From assembly GCA_963514005.1 (NCBI GenBank), contig OY740782.1:80166001-80230000 (forward strand): a DNA stretch of 64,000 nucleotides, given 5' to 3'. Below are positions 35,625 to 48,619 of this stretch, piece after piece (the stretch's first letter is position 1; each line of letters opens with the position of its first letter). The position numbers and the translations under genes were made by a program. Below the pieces are notes generated by a model. The model was not told the origin of the DNA and did not search any database. It saw only the letters and a program-made list of their open reading frames with translations. This DNA comes from Raja brachyura. Its lineage: Eukaryota.

Positions 35625-37925
35625 TGTGCAACGCCCCTTAGGCAACAGTGACCATAATATGGTGGAATTCTGCATTAGGATGGACAGTGACACGGTTAAT
35701 TCAGAGACTTGGTTTCTGAACTTGAATAAAGGAGACTTTGAAGGTATGAGATGGGAATTGGCTAGGATAGACTGGCAAATTATATTCACAGGATTGACAG
35801 TGGAGATGCAATGGTGAAGATTTAAAGAATGCATGGATGAACTCCAGAAATTGTTCATTCCTTGTCTTGTGTAAAAATAAAACTGGAAAGGCGGCTCAAC
35901 TGTGGCTGACAAGGCAAGTCAAGGATAGTTAAATCCAAGGAAGATGCAAAAAATTGGCCAGAGGAAGCAACAAACCAGAGACCTGGGAGAAATATAGAAC
36001 TCTACAGAGAGGACAAAGGGGTTAATTAAGGGGGGGGGGGGGGGGGGGGGAAGAGCATGAAAGAAAGCTTGCGGGAAATATAAAAACTGACTGTAAAAGT
36101 TTCTATATGAAAAAGGCAAAAGCTTAGTGAAGAAGAATGGAGGTCTCTTGCAGTCAGAGACAGGTGAATTTATAATGGGAAACAAGGAAATGGCAGAACA
36201 GTTAAACAAGTACTTTGTTTCTGTCTTCACTAAGGAAGACACAAACAATCTCCTGGAAATACTAGGAGACCGAGGATCTAGTGGGAGGGAGGAACTGAAG
36301 GTAATCCACATTAGTCAGAAAATGTTGTTAGGTAAACTGTTGGGACTGAAGGCAGATAAATCTCCAGGGCCAGATGGTCTGCATCCCAGAGTACTCAAGG
36401 AGGTGGCCCTTGAAATCGTGGATGCATTTGTGATCATTTCCCAATGTTCTCTCGACTCTGGGTCAGTTCCTGTGGACTGGTGGGTAGCCAATGCAGCTCC
36501 ACTTTTTAAGAAAAGAGAGAGAGAGGGAACAGTGAATTATAGACCAGTTAGCCTTTCATCGGTAGTGAGGAAGATGCTGGAGTTGATTATTAAAGATGTT
36601 ATAGCAGCGAATTTGGAAAGCAGTGGCGGGATCGGTCAAAGTCAGCATGGATTTAATGAAGGGGAAATCATGCTTGATTAATCTTTTGGAATTTCTTGAG
36701 GATGTAACAAGTAGAATAAGGGAGAACCAGTGAATAATAGAAAGCCAGTGGATGTGGTGTATCTGGACTTTCTAAAAGTATTTGACAAGGTCCCACACAA
36801 GAGATTAATGTGCAAAATTAAAGTATATGGTATTGGGGGTGGGGTATTGACATGGATAGAGAACAGGTTGGTAGACAGGAAGCAAAGAGTAGGAATTAAC
36901 GGGTCTTTTTCAGAATGGCAGGCAGTGACTAGTGGAATGCCGCAAGGCTCAGTGCTGGGAACCCAGTTATTTACAATAGAGATTAACGATTTAGACAAGG
37001 GAATTAAATATAACATCTATAAGTTTGTGGATGACACAAAGCTGGGTGGCAGTGTGAGCTTTGAGGAGGATGCTATGAGGCTGCAGGGTGACTTGGATAG
37101 GTTAAGTGAGTGGGCTGATGCATGGCAGATGCTGCATAATGTGGGTAAATGTGAGGTTATGCACTTTGGTGGCAAGAACAGGAAAGCAGATTATTATCTG
37201 AATGGTGACAAATTATGAGAAGGGGATGTGCAACGAGACCGAGGTGTGATTGTACAGTATGCAGGTTCAGCACGCAGTGAAGAAAGCCAATGGTATGTTA
37301 GCCTTTATTGTGAGAGGATTTGAGTTTAGGAGGTCCTACTGCAGTTGTACAGGGCCCTGGTGAGACTGCACCTGGAGTATTGTGTGCAATTTTGGTCACC
37401 TAATTTGAGGAAGGACATTATTGCTATGAGAGTGCAGCGTAGGTTCACCAAGTTAATACCCGGATGGCGGACTGACGTATGAGGAAAAAATGGGTCAACT
37501 TGGCTTGTACTTGCTGGAATTTAGAAGGATAAGAGGGGATCATATAGAAACATATAAAATTTTTAGAGGAATGAACGGGGCAGATGCAAGAAAATTTTTC
37601 CTGAATGGCGGAGTCCAGAACCAGGGGTCACAGTTTAAGAATAAGGGGCAGGCCATTTAGGACTGAGATGAGGAAAACCTTTTTTCACCCAGAGAGCTGC
37701 GAATCTGTGGAATTCTCTGCCAATGAAGGCAGTGGAGGTTGATTCACTGGATGTTTTAAAGAGAGAGTTAGATTTGGCTCTTAGGAATAAGGGAATCAAG
37801 GGATATGGGGGAAAAAGTCCAAACGGGGTACTGATTTTGGATGATCAGCTATGATGATACTGAATGGCGGTGCTGGCTCGAAAGGCTGAATGGCCTACTC
37901 TTGTACCTATTTTCTATGTTTATAT
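35625..37925 (+). mobile_element. CR1, 5'-truncated 2.3 kb, inserted into an antisense CR1 tail (35553-35624 and 37926-38090)
   Basis: Broken ORF2 pieces 35626, 36127, 36730 (SDHN, NYRPVSL, PQGSVLG, FVDD) and TTTCTATG tail. Confidence 0.93.
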
Positions 37926-38604
37926 CTCTCCTTTCCCCACAACACCATTCTCCTGCGTTCTCCCACACTTGTACTAATCAAGAATCTATTAAGCTTTAAA
38001 AATACTCAACATGGCCTTCACAGCCATCTATGGCAATGAATTCCACAGATTCAACAACCTCTGACTAAAGAAATGTCTCCTCATCTCCTTTTATTCAAAA
38101 TAAATGTTTTGCACTATTATGGCCTGGTTAACTCATATGATTGATGATTGATCATTGTATGATTGATATGGTTGTAGGATTGATCATTGTATATTTACTT
38201 GATGCGTTGATGTATTAATGACCCTGTAAAAACTCCAATAACTAAGAATTTAATTGTTCTGTTCCCCATACAATTAAATAATTAAACCCTCTTGACTTTA
38301 AAAACTGTTGATCCCTACTTTTATTGCTGCTAACTGTTATGGATTTTTCAGGGGTTATAAAAGTACGTGGAAGTAGCAGCCATGAATTCAAAACAAGAAC
38401 CAGTCTTCAGAATTTCTCTTCTAATGCAAATTGAAAGAAATAATCAGTTGGAAATGAAAAGGACAAGTTTGCAAACAATCAGTCTATCTACTAAGACTAT
38501 TGAATATGTTAATAGGGTACATAAACAACTAGAAATTTTCAGCTTAATTTATTTAACATAGTAGAGATGAAGGAAGCATCTGTACATATGTACATCTGTA
38601 CAAA

Positions 38605-39340
38605 CCTCTGTTGTTGAGGCCAGTTCATTGGCTATATTTAAGAGGGAGTTAAGGGCCTGTCCTACAAGCATGCAATTCCATGCGATGAGCGCGACCTAAC
38701 ATGGTCGCTTGAGCCGTCCGGCGTCGTGGGGCCGGTCCCACTTCGATCACCGGAGCCATGCGGAATTGTGCGGACTTCGAAAAACTGACCATGTTCAAAA
38801 ATTCCGCGCGGCAATGGCTTGTCGGCTCGCAGTCGCCTGGACGCATTACACACCGCCTCGACATCGTGCCTCCGTGAACCTATCTGTAGGTGCCTCCATG
38901 ACCCTCTATGTGTGTGGCTCCATGGCCCTCTGTGTGTGTGACTCTGTGCCCCTCTCTGTGTGCAACTCTCTGTCCTGGCGAACTTACCTTAAGACTTCGC
39001 TCCAAGTTCGCCTCACTTTGCACCGTGTAGCGCCACTCACCTGACCTCCGCGCAGCCCTCGCTGCCGGTTTGGTTGCGCTTGCCGCATGCTGGTGGGAAC
39101 GGCCCTGTACAGGGGATCCCGGCCCCCGCTTCTAGTTTGATCGCGCTCATCGCATGGAGTCGGATGCTGGTAGGACAGGCCCTTTAGATGTGACCCTTTT
39201 GGCTAATGGGATCAGGGGGTATGTAGAGAAGGCAGGTACAGGATACTGAGTTGGATGATCAGCCATGATCATATTGAATGGCGGTGCAGGCTCAAAGGAC
39301 CGAATGGCCTACTCCAGCACCTATTTTCTATGTTTCTATA
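38605..39340 (+). mobile_element. CR1 3' end interrupted by a Harbinger MITE
   Basis: GTTGAGGCCAGTTCATTGGCTATATTTAAGAGGGAG|TTA..GATGTG matches 31133-31327. Confidence 0.9.
38652..39183. mobile_element. PIF/Harbinger non-autonomous MITE (532 bp)
   Basis: ~50-bp imperfect TIRs starting AGGGCCTGTCCTAC; exact TTA duplication (38649-38651, 39184-39186) confirmed by the uninterrupted CR1 host sequence. Confidence 0.92.
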
Positions 39341-39661
39341 TCATTAATGTATCCTCTGTGAGGTTCTTGTGAACAATGAATTTCTTGCTACAGTGGTGTA
39401 AATGACAATAAACGTATATAATCTAATATCACTGCCTGCGTCACACTGCTCAATCTGCTGGTTGGCCTCGTGATTTGGATATGGCTAATTCACCTTTTAC
39501 TTCTGTAATAGGGGGCAGCTATTATATGATCAGCATGTCTGAAGTAGCTTTAAACATGCTGATTATGGGATGATATTAATTACCTGGACAACATGCAAAA
39601 CAATATTTTTCACAGTGTGTCAGTTCGCATGACAATAATAACCTAATATGATCAGTGTAGT

Positions 39662-39850
39662 AAACTGCAAAGTGCTAGAGTAACTCAGCAGGTCAGGCAA
39701 CATCTGTGGAGGGAATAGACAAGCGACATTTCCGTTCAGGACCGTTCTTCAGATAAGAAGTATTACCCATCTATTCCCTCACCAGATGCTGTATAACCAC
39801 TGAGTTACTCCAACACTTTGTGTGCTCATGATTCTGGACTCTGCAGTTCT
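39662..39850. mobile_element. Older palindromic Penelope terminal-repeat insertion
   Basis: GTGCTAGAGTAACTCAG..CTTCAGA followed by the inverted arm ..CTGAGTTACTCCAACAC. Confidence 0.75.
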
Positions 39851-41834
39851 TCCTATCTCGAATAGTTTAGTCATAATTGCCTTCTTTGCATCTGCCTGCA
39901 TCCCTCTTCTTCATTTACAGGTGCATATGATTCACTGATTCAGCAGAATGTAGTCGTTGAGTTGGCTTTGATATAACTTCCTCGTCCTTTTGCTGCATCA
40001 AGCTGTGTGACTGTTTTCAAAGTATTATTAATATATGTTACCCGTTCATGAAAATAAATGAAACGGGTGCAACCTAATTACAAAGTAATATAATCAACAG
40101 AAATTTCTAAACATCCAACAGTGGAACAGACAGAAGATAAAGCTGTGGGACTATACTTACAATCAGTGAAGATATTTTCATATATATTGCTCTGCAGGCT
40201 GCTCTTAGCTGAATGCCAATTTATTTGTTTTACATCGCAGACGAAAGACAATATACAAGGAAAAAATGTGACATGTTAACTATCAATATGAGCTCTGATG
40301 ATTTGAACCATAAGTTCAGTGCAAAGACTTTCTTTCCCCTTACCCTATCTTTCTCTCAGTTTCCTGCTTTCCTGTTCTGAAGGTGTTGACTCTTTGTCTT
40401 GGTGAGGGAAGGGCATGTTTCTCTATGATCCTTAGTATTTAATTTAGGTTACCATTGCTTGTTTGTAAGCTATCATACCAAATTGTTGCCAAACATAATA
40501 TCTCAATTCACTACATCTTTACCCAATGTTTGAGTAATTATAATTTCCAGCTGATAAGAGACATTCTGTTCTTCAGTTCAAGAATGGTAGAGGTCATTGG
40601 CAGTATTCTGACCACCATTCTATTCAAGATCAGTTCATTTAGTACAAACCAGGAATTGTATGTTGGATCTTCCAATTATGTACAGCTCAGATGATCAAAG
40701 AATATATTCAATGATCCAGCAGGAGACCATAACCTAGTCTTTTCTAATTATATTCCTCATTGCAAAGAGGAATAACTTCAAAGAAAGTGAAATCAGATTC
40801 CATTCTTTTTTTTACTGGCTGAACTAATGAAATGCAAACTAGAACATAAGGTCTCAATATATCGTATGTTAAAGGACTACTGAATGTTATCATCAGTTTG
40901 TATGGATTGGTGGCTAAAATATATATAAATTGAGACCAATGTGATCTTGTAGTTTCCTAAGTAAATGTAGCAAAGCTATGTAAAGGCTGTAGGGGACATG
41001 AGACAAAACACAGATACCCAGTTTGATGTTATAAATTATTATTCAATTTTGCAAACCAATTCCATTGAAAATCACATCATATTTTGAAATTAAATTTACT
41101 CAAGAGCTCTAAACTTATCTGGGACCAGCCACAAACATGGCTCCAAGATCCAGCCAAATAAGTTCAGGGAACTAAATTGAACATGCATCCTCCAATCTTG
41201 AATCATAACATGGGTTCCAATTTAAAGTGGCAGTCCACTCCTTTACCCATTATCTGAGAATAGCTGGATATTTTTTTAAACTGGAAAACATGTGCTGTAT
41301 GTTATTTTTTTCTACAACAAAAGATCAACGTTAAATTTTAATTATCAACCCGCCCAAATTTGCTGACTAAACTGAGCACAAAAAAGATCTCTATATTCTA
41401 GCACCACATTCCTCATTAATGTGCAGGATAAGGTGCCCTTTCTCTTCTGAATTCCACATGGACCATATCTGCTGTAAATTATATGAAGAGTCTCTTCAGC
41501 AAGTCCTCTTAGACTAAGTAGAGTAAAATGGAGCAAATGCTACAGACCATCAGTAGAAAGGCATCAGCTGAGCTGCTGGGAAAGTATTGCTATTTCTTAA
41601 CGTGTGTTTTGCTAGAATTCACTGATTGTATAGGTGGTGGGAATAGATGCAATATAAATTTCAAATAGAATTGTATACAAACATAAAAAGGAAAAAAAAT
41701 ACAGCTTTGGGGAAAGAGCAGAGGGGTGGAACTAACTGAAAAACAGCAAAACAAGATGATAAAGATGGATTAAATGGCCATCTCCCATGCTGTGATACCT
41801 TTGGCTGATTTCTAGAACTGTGATCACTTCAGCA

Positions 41835-43385
41835 CAGCCTTCGATAAAGTTCCATATAGTAGACTGCTTTGAAAAGTTCGATCACATTGAATACAGGGAC
41901 AGCCAGATAACTGGATAAAGAATTGGCTTCATGGAAGGAAAAGGGGGTGGAAGGTTGTTTATTGAACTAGAGGCCTGTGACTAGTGTGCTTCAGAGATAG
42001 GTGCTGGGCCCAGTGCTGTTTGTGGTTTACATTAACTGTTTGGATGAGAATGTGCAAGACATGACACTAAAATACAGTAGGTGGTATTGTTGCCAGTGAA
42101 AATGGTTGTCGAATCATAAGTCATTTGGCATGGAGACAGGCTCTTCACTTGCCCATGTTGATCAACATGACCCAATCTACACTAGTTCCACCATTTGGCC
42201 CATATGCCTCAAAACATATCCTATCCATGTACCAGTCTAAATGTTTCTTAAACTTCGTGATAGTACTTGCCTCAACTACTTCCCCGAGCAGCTCGTTCCA
42301 TATACCCACCACCTTTTGTGTTAAAAAGTTGCCCCTCAGGTTCCCATTAAATCTTAGATGTTGCTCACAGGCCTGTAATTCCCCGGCTCTTCCCTGCAGC
42401 CCTTTTAAATGCAGGTACAACATTTGCTACCCCCCTATCTTCTGGAAAATCATCCTAATTTAATGATGACTCAATTATCAAAATCCACACCAGGACTTTG
42501 ATTAGCTGGTCAAGTGGGCTGAGGAATGGCTAATTGAGTTTAATGTAGATAAGTGCAAGATGTTGTATTTTCCACAGTGAATAGAAGGCCCTTAGGACGA
42601 GTTGTAGAGCAGAGGAATCTAGGAGGACAACTATACAGTTTCCTCCTGTTATATGGTTATATGGTTAGTTTCATGACAGCACATCACAGGTAGATGGTAA
42701 ACAAGGCTTTGGCACACTGGTCCTCATCAGTCGAGGTATTGAGTATAGAAGTAGGGATGTTATGCTACATTTGTACAAGACCATAGTGATGCCGCAGTTG
42801 GAGTATTGTGTTTAGTTTTGATCACTCTGCTATGGGATGTTGTTAAAATGAGGCAAAAATGCAGAGGAGATTTACAAGGATGTTGCCAGGATTTGAGTTG
42901 CCTGAACTATAGGGAAAGATTGGCAGCTAGGATTTTTTTCCCCTGGAGTGCAGGAGGCTGAGGGTGATCTTATATATTTATAATTATTATATATTATATA
43001 TTATAATATATATAATATATATTATATATATATAATATCTATATATGTATATAGATGTACATCCCTATACATCTTATTGGGATGTATAGTCACAGAGTCT
43101 TTTACCCAGGGTAGGGGAATCAAGATAAGAGGTCAAAAGATTTAAGGTAAGAGGGGCAACTTTTTCATTCAGAGCATGTTGGGTATATGGAACGAGCTGT
43201 CAAAAGAGATAGTTTAGACAGGTATTATAACAGGATTCAAAAGACACTTGGACAAAACATTGGACAGGATATGTTTAGATGGATATTAGCCAAATGTGGG
43301 AAAGTGGGACTAACTTGTATATTGGACCTTGGCTAGGATGCATGACTTGGGCTAAAGGGCCCATTTCTGTACTGTATGACTCCAT
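41835..43385 (+). mobile_element. Decayed CR1 containing an antisense CR1 tail (42112-42355) and an AT microsatellite (42971-43055)
   Basis: GCCTTCGATAAAGTTCC (AFDKV), GAGTATAGAAG, tail GGGCTAAAGGGCCCATTTCTGTACTGTATGAC. Confidence 0.8.
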
Positions 43386-44349
43386 AACTAAACATCGGCT
43401 CCCTAAATGGGTAAAATAGAACATATTTAAGATTTGACAGATAGAAAATTAAAAATAACTGCAGAAGCTGGAAACATGTTGAAAAAACAAATATGCTGGA
43501 AACCAGCAGCAGTTCGTGCAGTGTCTGTGAGAGGAGAAACAAAGTTATAAAACATAAAGAAGAGACATGAAGAAGGGCCCCCAACTTGAAACATGAATTC
43601 TGTTTAACATTCAGGGCAATGGAATGGACAAGGCAGTAGGGGAAAGCAATAAAAACAATATGAAAGGGGCATTTGTGACTTCCATTTCAGCTGCTGATTC
43701 GCATTCTAATATGACAAGAAGGGGTATTTAGTCTTGGTTGCTTCAGGTCTGCAGGTGAGCTTAATTGCTGAAAAATGTATTTTGATTCTGCAGCACAAAG
43801 GTAGGCGACTTAATCTGCAATAATCCTGAAAAGATCCTGATAGTTTTGTGTTATTTTCCTGACCATCTGAATTATCACAGTGCACAAGGGAGACCGTTGA
43901 TAGATAAAAGACAGAAGTGTTTGTACATTCATTCCAATGGCCTGTAATATATATGTCATTGCAAAAGAGCTTCTCTGAAGACTATAATTTTGTATTGAAG
44001 TTAAACATCTCACCAAAACCTTGAACTTAAAACACTCACACATGACTTCAAAGGCAATATAGGAAATTAAATGAAGAGAGACAGAAACTTGTCATCTGAA
44101 AACATGACAGAAAGAAAGAATAACACAGCCTTACAGGTGAAAATATTACTAGCTCCTTTATTTGCAAGAGCTATATATATATATAAATAAAATCAGTTTA
44201 TAAATATATTTTTCTGCTATTAACTGTTAAATTGTATAGTTAAGAGAGCTTGCTTGATCATTCTGATCATTTTTTTAATATAAAGAAGTAGTATGACTGT
44301 TTACCTTCCGCCATGAGGTGACGTTCTATTTGGAGATTGAGTTAATTTA

Positions 44350-44870
44350 CGAAGCGGAAATCATACTTGGCTAATCTTCTGGAATTTTTTGAGGATGTAA
44401 CTAGGAAAATGGACAAGGGAGAGCCAGTGGATGTAGTGTATCTGGATTTTCAGAAAGCCTTTGATAAGGTCCCACATAGATCAGTGGGCAAAATTAGAGC
44501 ACATAGTATTGGGGGTAGGGTACTGACATGGCTGGAAAATCGGTTGGCAGACAGGAAACTAAGTGTAGGGATTAACGGGTCCGTTTCAGAATAGCAGCCA
44601 TTGCTTGGCCTGTTGGGGGGAGGCGGTGGAGGCGGCGGGAGGCAGTGGTTTGGGGGGAAGGTTGGTGTGGTGGGGGGGGAGGGGTGGTGGTTTTGGGGGA
44701 GCAGCGGTGGTGGGGGGGTGGTGTGAGGGGGAGGGGGGTGTGTGGGGGATGGGGTGGTGGGAAGGGGGAGGGATAAAGGGGGGGTGGGTGTGTGGGGGGA
44801 GGGACTCACAGTGAATGACAGTGCTGCCTCGTAGGGCCGAATAGCCTACTCCTGCAACTCTTGTCTATTG
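44350..44870 (+). mobile_element. CR1 RT fragment and tail joined by a G-rich low-complexity stretch
   Basis: ORF NLLEFFEDVTRKMDKGEPVDVVYLDFQKAFDKVPH; tail GGGCCGAATAGCCTACTCCTGCA. Confidence 0.8.
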
Positions 44871-46762
44871 CATAGCATTTAACAATATTAGAATTTCCAG
44901 AATAGTACCAGGCAGTCAGATTAACAATGACATTTGTTACTGAACAAAAATGTAATCTAATTCAAATGTTATCATTCTCGTTGTTGAGAGTTCAGCAGAT
45001 AAGACAAGTTGACAGGAATATTTATTTCAATGGAGGATTTTTGGATGACACAACCAAAGCCCCATTTACCGGTCTTGTCCTTTCAAATTGATGTCAACAT
45101 ACATAAGGTACTTTGTAACCAAAAACTGAAATGCCAGAGAAGAATTCAACCCATGTCCACCCATCTTCAAGTAACATGGGTAGAAAACTATTAACTGGCC
45201 ATCTACCTAAGTGTTCCTATTATACCCAGAATGTTTAACATGCTAGCCTACAAAACATTAGTAACTGTACTTTGAAATAATGTACTCTAAGTTTGTCAAG
45301 TAATAATAAGGTGTAATATAACTGAGTCTTTCCTTAAAGTCAAACCACTGATCTTTTTAGGGTTTGCCATCCACGGTATTGTACAAATGGCCATATTTAT
45401 TTATACTCCATGGAAGAGACAATCAATAGGCTATTTAATTGGTGCGTTCATCACAATAGTTTCAATTCCATCCATATCTTAAATTCAGACCCACTACTAT
45501 CAGCAGCTGTTTTGGTCAACGGTGAAGAACCATGGATCATTCCTATGTCTAAATGTGAAATACACAGGCCAATTATTGTGATCTATCTCTTGTGAAGTTA
45601 ATTTATCAAATTGTCAATGCACTATTAGCACAAATGGCTCAGTATTTATTAGGCAAACCTATCCAACTAGAGGAACATGTGCATTGCATGTCTTTTGGTT
45701 CATTTGGTAGCAGTTTAGTTCTTCACATAAACATTCCATCAGCTCTCTTCATTTAAAAAATATTATTAAACCCAATGTTGAGACCAGATGACTCCAAGTT
45801 GCCTTATAAACAGTTGCTGTTACTCATTTTTTGGTGGGGATTTTTTCAGGAGGCAGAGGCCCGAGCCACCAATTTGGGAGTATAAAGTGGTATTTAAATT
45901 ATCCATCACACTCCTACCCTGGGTCTCAGCTTTTTACACGGTTACAAAGAATAAGAAATACCTATCTTCTCTGCAGGCTTGTGGGGAGAGGGAGAACAAA
46001 GATTCCAAGCCAGATATCTCTTATCCAGACATCTCAGTGGTCGAAATGGCCACCTGTTCTGCAATGATCTGTAATTCCTTTGAAAGGGAATATTTCTGCT
46101 TTTCAGATTCAACATGACATTCAATTATTTCAGATAGTATTTTGTTTCCTTATTACTCCTATTACAATCCCTGTTGCTTTGATTATCATTTTAAAATTGC
46201 TTTGATTATCATTTAAAATCATTTTAAAACTCTCTGTTTTTTCCTTCCTACCCTTCTTTGTTTGCATCTTAAAATTGATTTTATTTTGAATATTTTTGGG
46301 CACAATAACCCCCAGAAAATCTCATAAATAGGTGTTTCCTAGATACTGTTGCTGAGTATTTCTAGCAAAATCTGTTTTTTTTTTCTATACTTGCAATGAA
46401 TTGCATATATTCATTTCTAACTGATCAACAAATAAAACAACACCAATTCAGTAAAATCCCCCAAAAACTGCACATCAACATATATTCCTCAAAGCTCTGA
46501 GAAAATAGGTGATCGTATCCAGAAATACATTTTAACATTTCCATGTCAATGGCAGATGCTCAAACATGGAAGCATTACATGAGGAAATATTTCATATTTG
46601 ACACATTTTAGGCAGAAGGTGATAGTCATTACTGAGCTCTAAACAATAACCTTGGATGGAAAAGTAAATGACAGTATCCCATATGTTTTCTTTGGATGAA
46701 GGACATATCTGCTTCCTTGAAAATAACTTTCAAGAATAAAGGAAGTGAATGAAGCCACTTAC

Positions 46763-46932
46763 GGCTGGCAGAGCTTGATAAGATCCTGGTCGGTCGTGCC
46801 TGGTGGAAGGCCCCTAATGTACAGATTTGTCTTACTCAGCTGCTCGCCACCACTGTTGTTGCTGCTGTTGTTGCTGCTGTTTGTGCTCGGACTGGGAGGA
46901 GCCATAGGGTGGGGAGCTGGTGCATAGGATTG
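46763..46932 (-). CDS. RBMS3: RBMS3 internal coding exon (orthologue of human exon 2; start of RRM1)
   Basis: 170-nt exon ttgtttaattacag|CAATCC...CAGCC|gtaagt encoding [57 protein letters not shown], near-identical to human RBMS3 as I recall it; RNP2 LYIRGL. Confidence 0.95.
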
Positions 46933-47342
46933 CTGTAATTAAACAAATTGCAAACATATGAGAAAAATCAGACTATATTTACTGTTCAATTACATTTATC
47001 TTAAACACATGAAATGCCCTTGCTGGAAAACCTGTTATCTTTATATTGGTAGTGCATTCTCTGGATCTTACACTGTGTAGATTGCTGGAATTAGTCTCAT
47101 ATTGGCAAAATAATTTAAATGACAAATTTGTAGCAGTACATCGAATACCATGTTGTCAAAGGCTTATGTAATCATGAAATAGATAGCTTATCTCATTGAA
47201 CCAGAGATATTACAAATAAGCGTATCACTTATGAAATTTACATTTTATAAAATTAGCAAATTTATATTGAACAGCATTCATACCTTCTGAACCTTCTGAA
47301 TTTTGTAGTCAGCAGGGCAGTACTCTGCATATCACCAACTTG

Positions 47343-47572
47343 GACAATTTTACATTTTTATCAAGCCAATTAAACAAGCCAATTAACCTACAAACCTGTA
47401 CGTCTTTGGAGTGTGGGAGGAAACTGAAGATCTTGGAGAAAACCCATGCAGATCACTCGGAGAACATACAAACTCCATACTGACAGCACTCGTAATCGGG
47501 ATCGAACCCAGGTCTCTGGCGCTGCATTTTGCTGTAAGGCAGCAACTCTACCGCTGTGCCACCGTGACTGCC
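47343..47572 (-). mobile_element. V-SINE (HE1-like)
   Basis: Reverse complement of SINE head (GGGATCGAACCC, GCAGCAACTCTACCGCTGTGCCACC) and V core. Confidence 0.9.
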
Positions 47573-47854
47573 ATATTACCACCATTCTCAGTGTAAGATA
47601 AATCATTCCACTTAATAATGTTTATATCATATACATTTTTCCTTTTCTATATTTTCTGAACAAATAATCTAAGAGGTAAGGGCCTTACACAATTTTCATA
47701 TCCTAGATGTACAATGTATGGGGGAGGGGAGGGAGATTACGACATTTTCCCAAAAGAGCCTTTGTGCTACCTACTTCAGCACATCTCATAGGATGCATTG
47801 CTGTGCTTTGAAAGCTTATTTTCTTTAAATTACCAAAACATAACCTGGTCATGG

Positions 47855-48145
47855 TTGGTACAGTGACACAGCTGGTAGAGCTACTGCCTCAAAGTGCAAG
47901 TTCAATATGTCTTGGTGCTGTCTACGTAGCGTTTGTGCATTCTCCCTGTGACTGCATGGGTTTCCTCCAGATGCTTTGGTTTCCTCCCACATCCCAAAGA
48001 CATGTAGGTTTGTAGATTAATTAGCATTTGTAAATTGTCCCTAGTGTGTAGAGAGTGGATGTGACAGTGGGATAACTTAGAACAAATGAGAACAGCGTCA
48101 ACGAGGACTTGGTGGGCTGAAGGGCCTGTTTCCATGCTATGCCTT
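47855..48145 (+). mobile_element. V-SINE (HE1-like), older
   Basis: Decayed head, TTTGTGCATTCTCCCTGTGAC..GGTTTCCTCCCACATCCCAAAGAC core, CR1 tail. Confidence 0.85.
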
Positions 48146-48619
48146 TCAATTAATTAAATAGCTTATTCATAACATCTACAAAATATATAATACATGGCAG
48201 CCAAATATAATTTACAATGTGACACTTTGTTCCTCTTAAAATTTGCATTACATAAGCATGACACCAACTTTCCTTTGACCTTTTTCCCAAAAATACACCT
48301 GATTCTTAAGTTACGCATAAATACAATATATGTTTCAATATTCACAGGACATTTCATTCCATTAATTTTCTTTCTCTGTACATTTAATGAGTGTTATGAG
48401 ATACAAAGTAGACCAATCAATCCTCATGATTGCTCCACCATTCAGTATCATGGTTGATCTTCTACATTTACACCTCTATTCAGCACTAATCCCGCTCGGC
48501 TTGATTTATCTGAACAGCGAACAATATATTGATATGTATCTTGAACATAGACAGTGACTGGTGTACAAAATGCCAAAAATTCTTAACCGCGTGTTTGAAA
48601 ACAATATTCTGATTATGTA

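Noticed and set aside
46745-46927. Plus-strand ORF with a poly-Leu, membrane-like segment
   Set aside because: Antisense shadow of the RBMS3 exon's Ser/Asn codons
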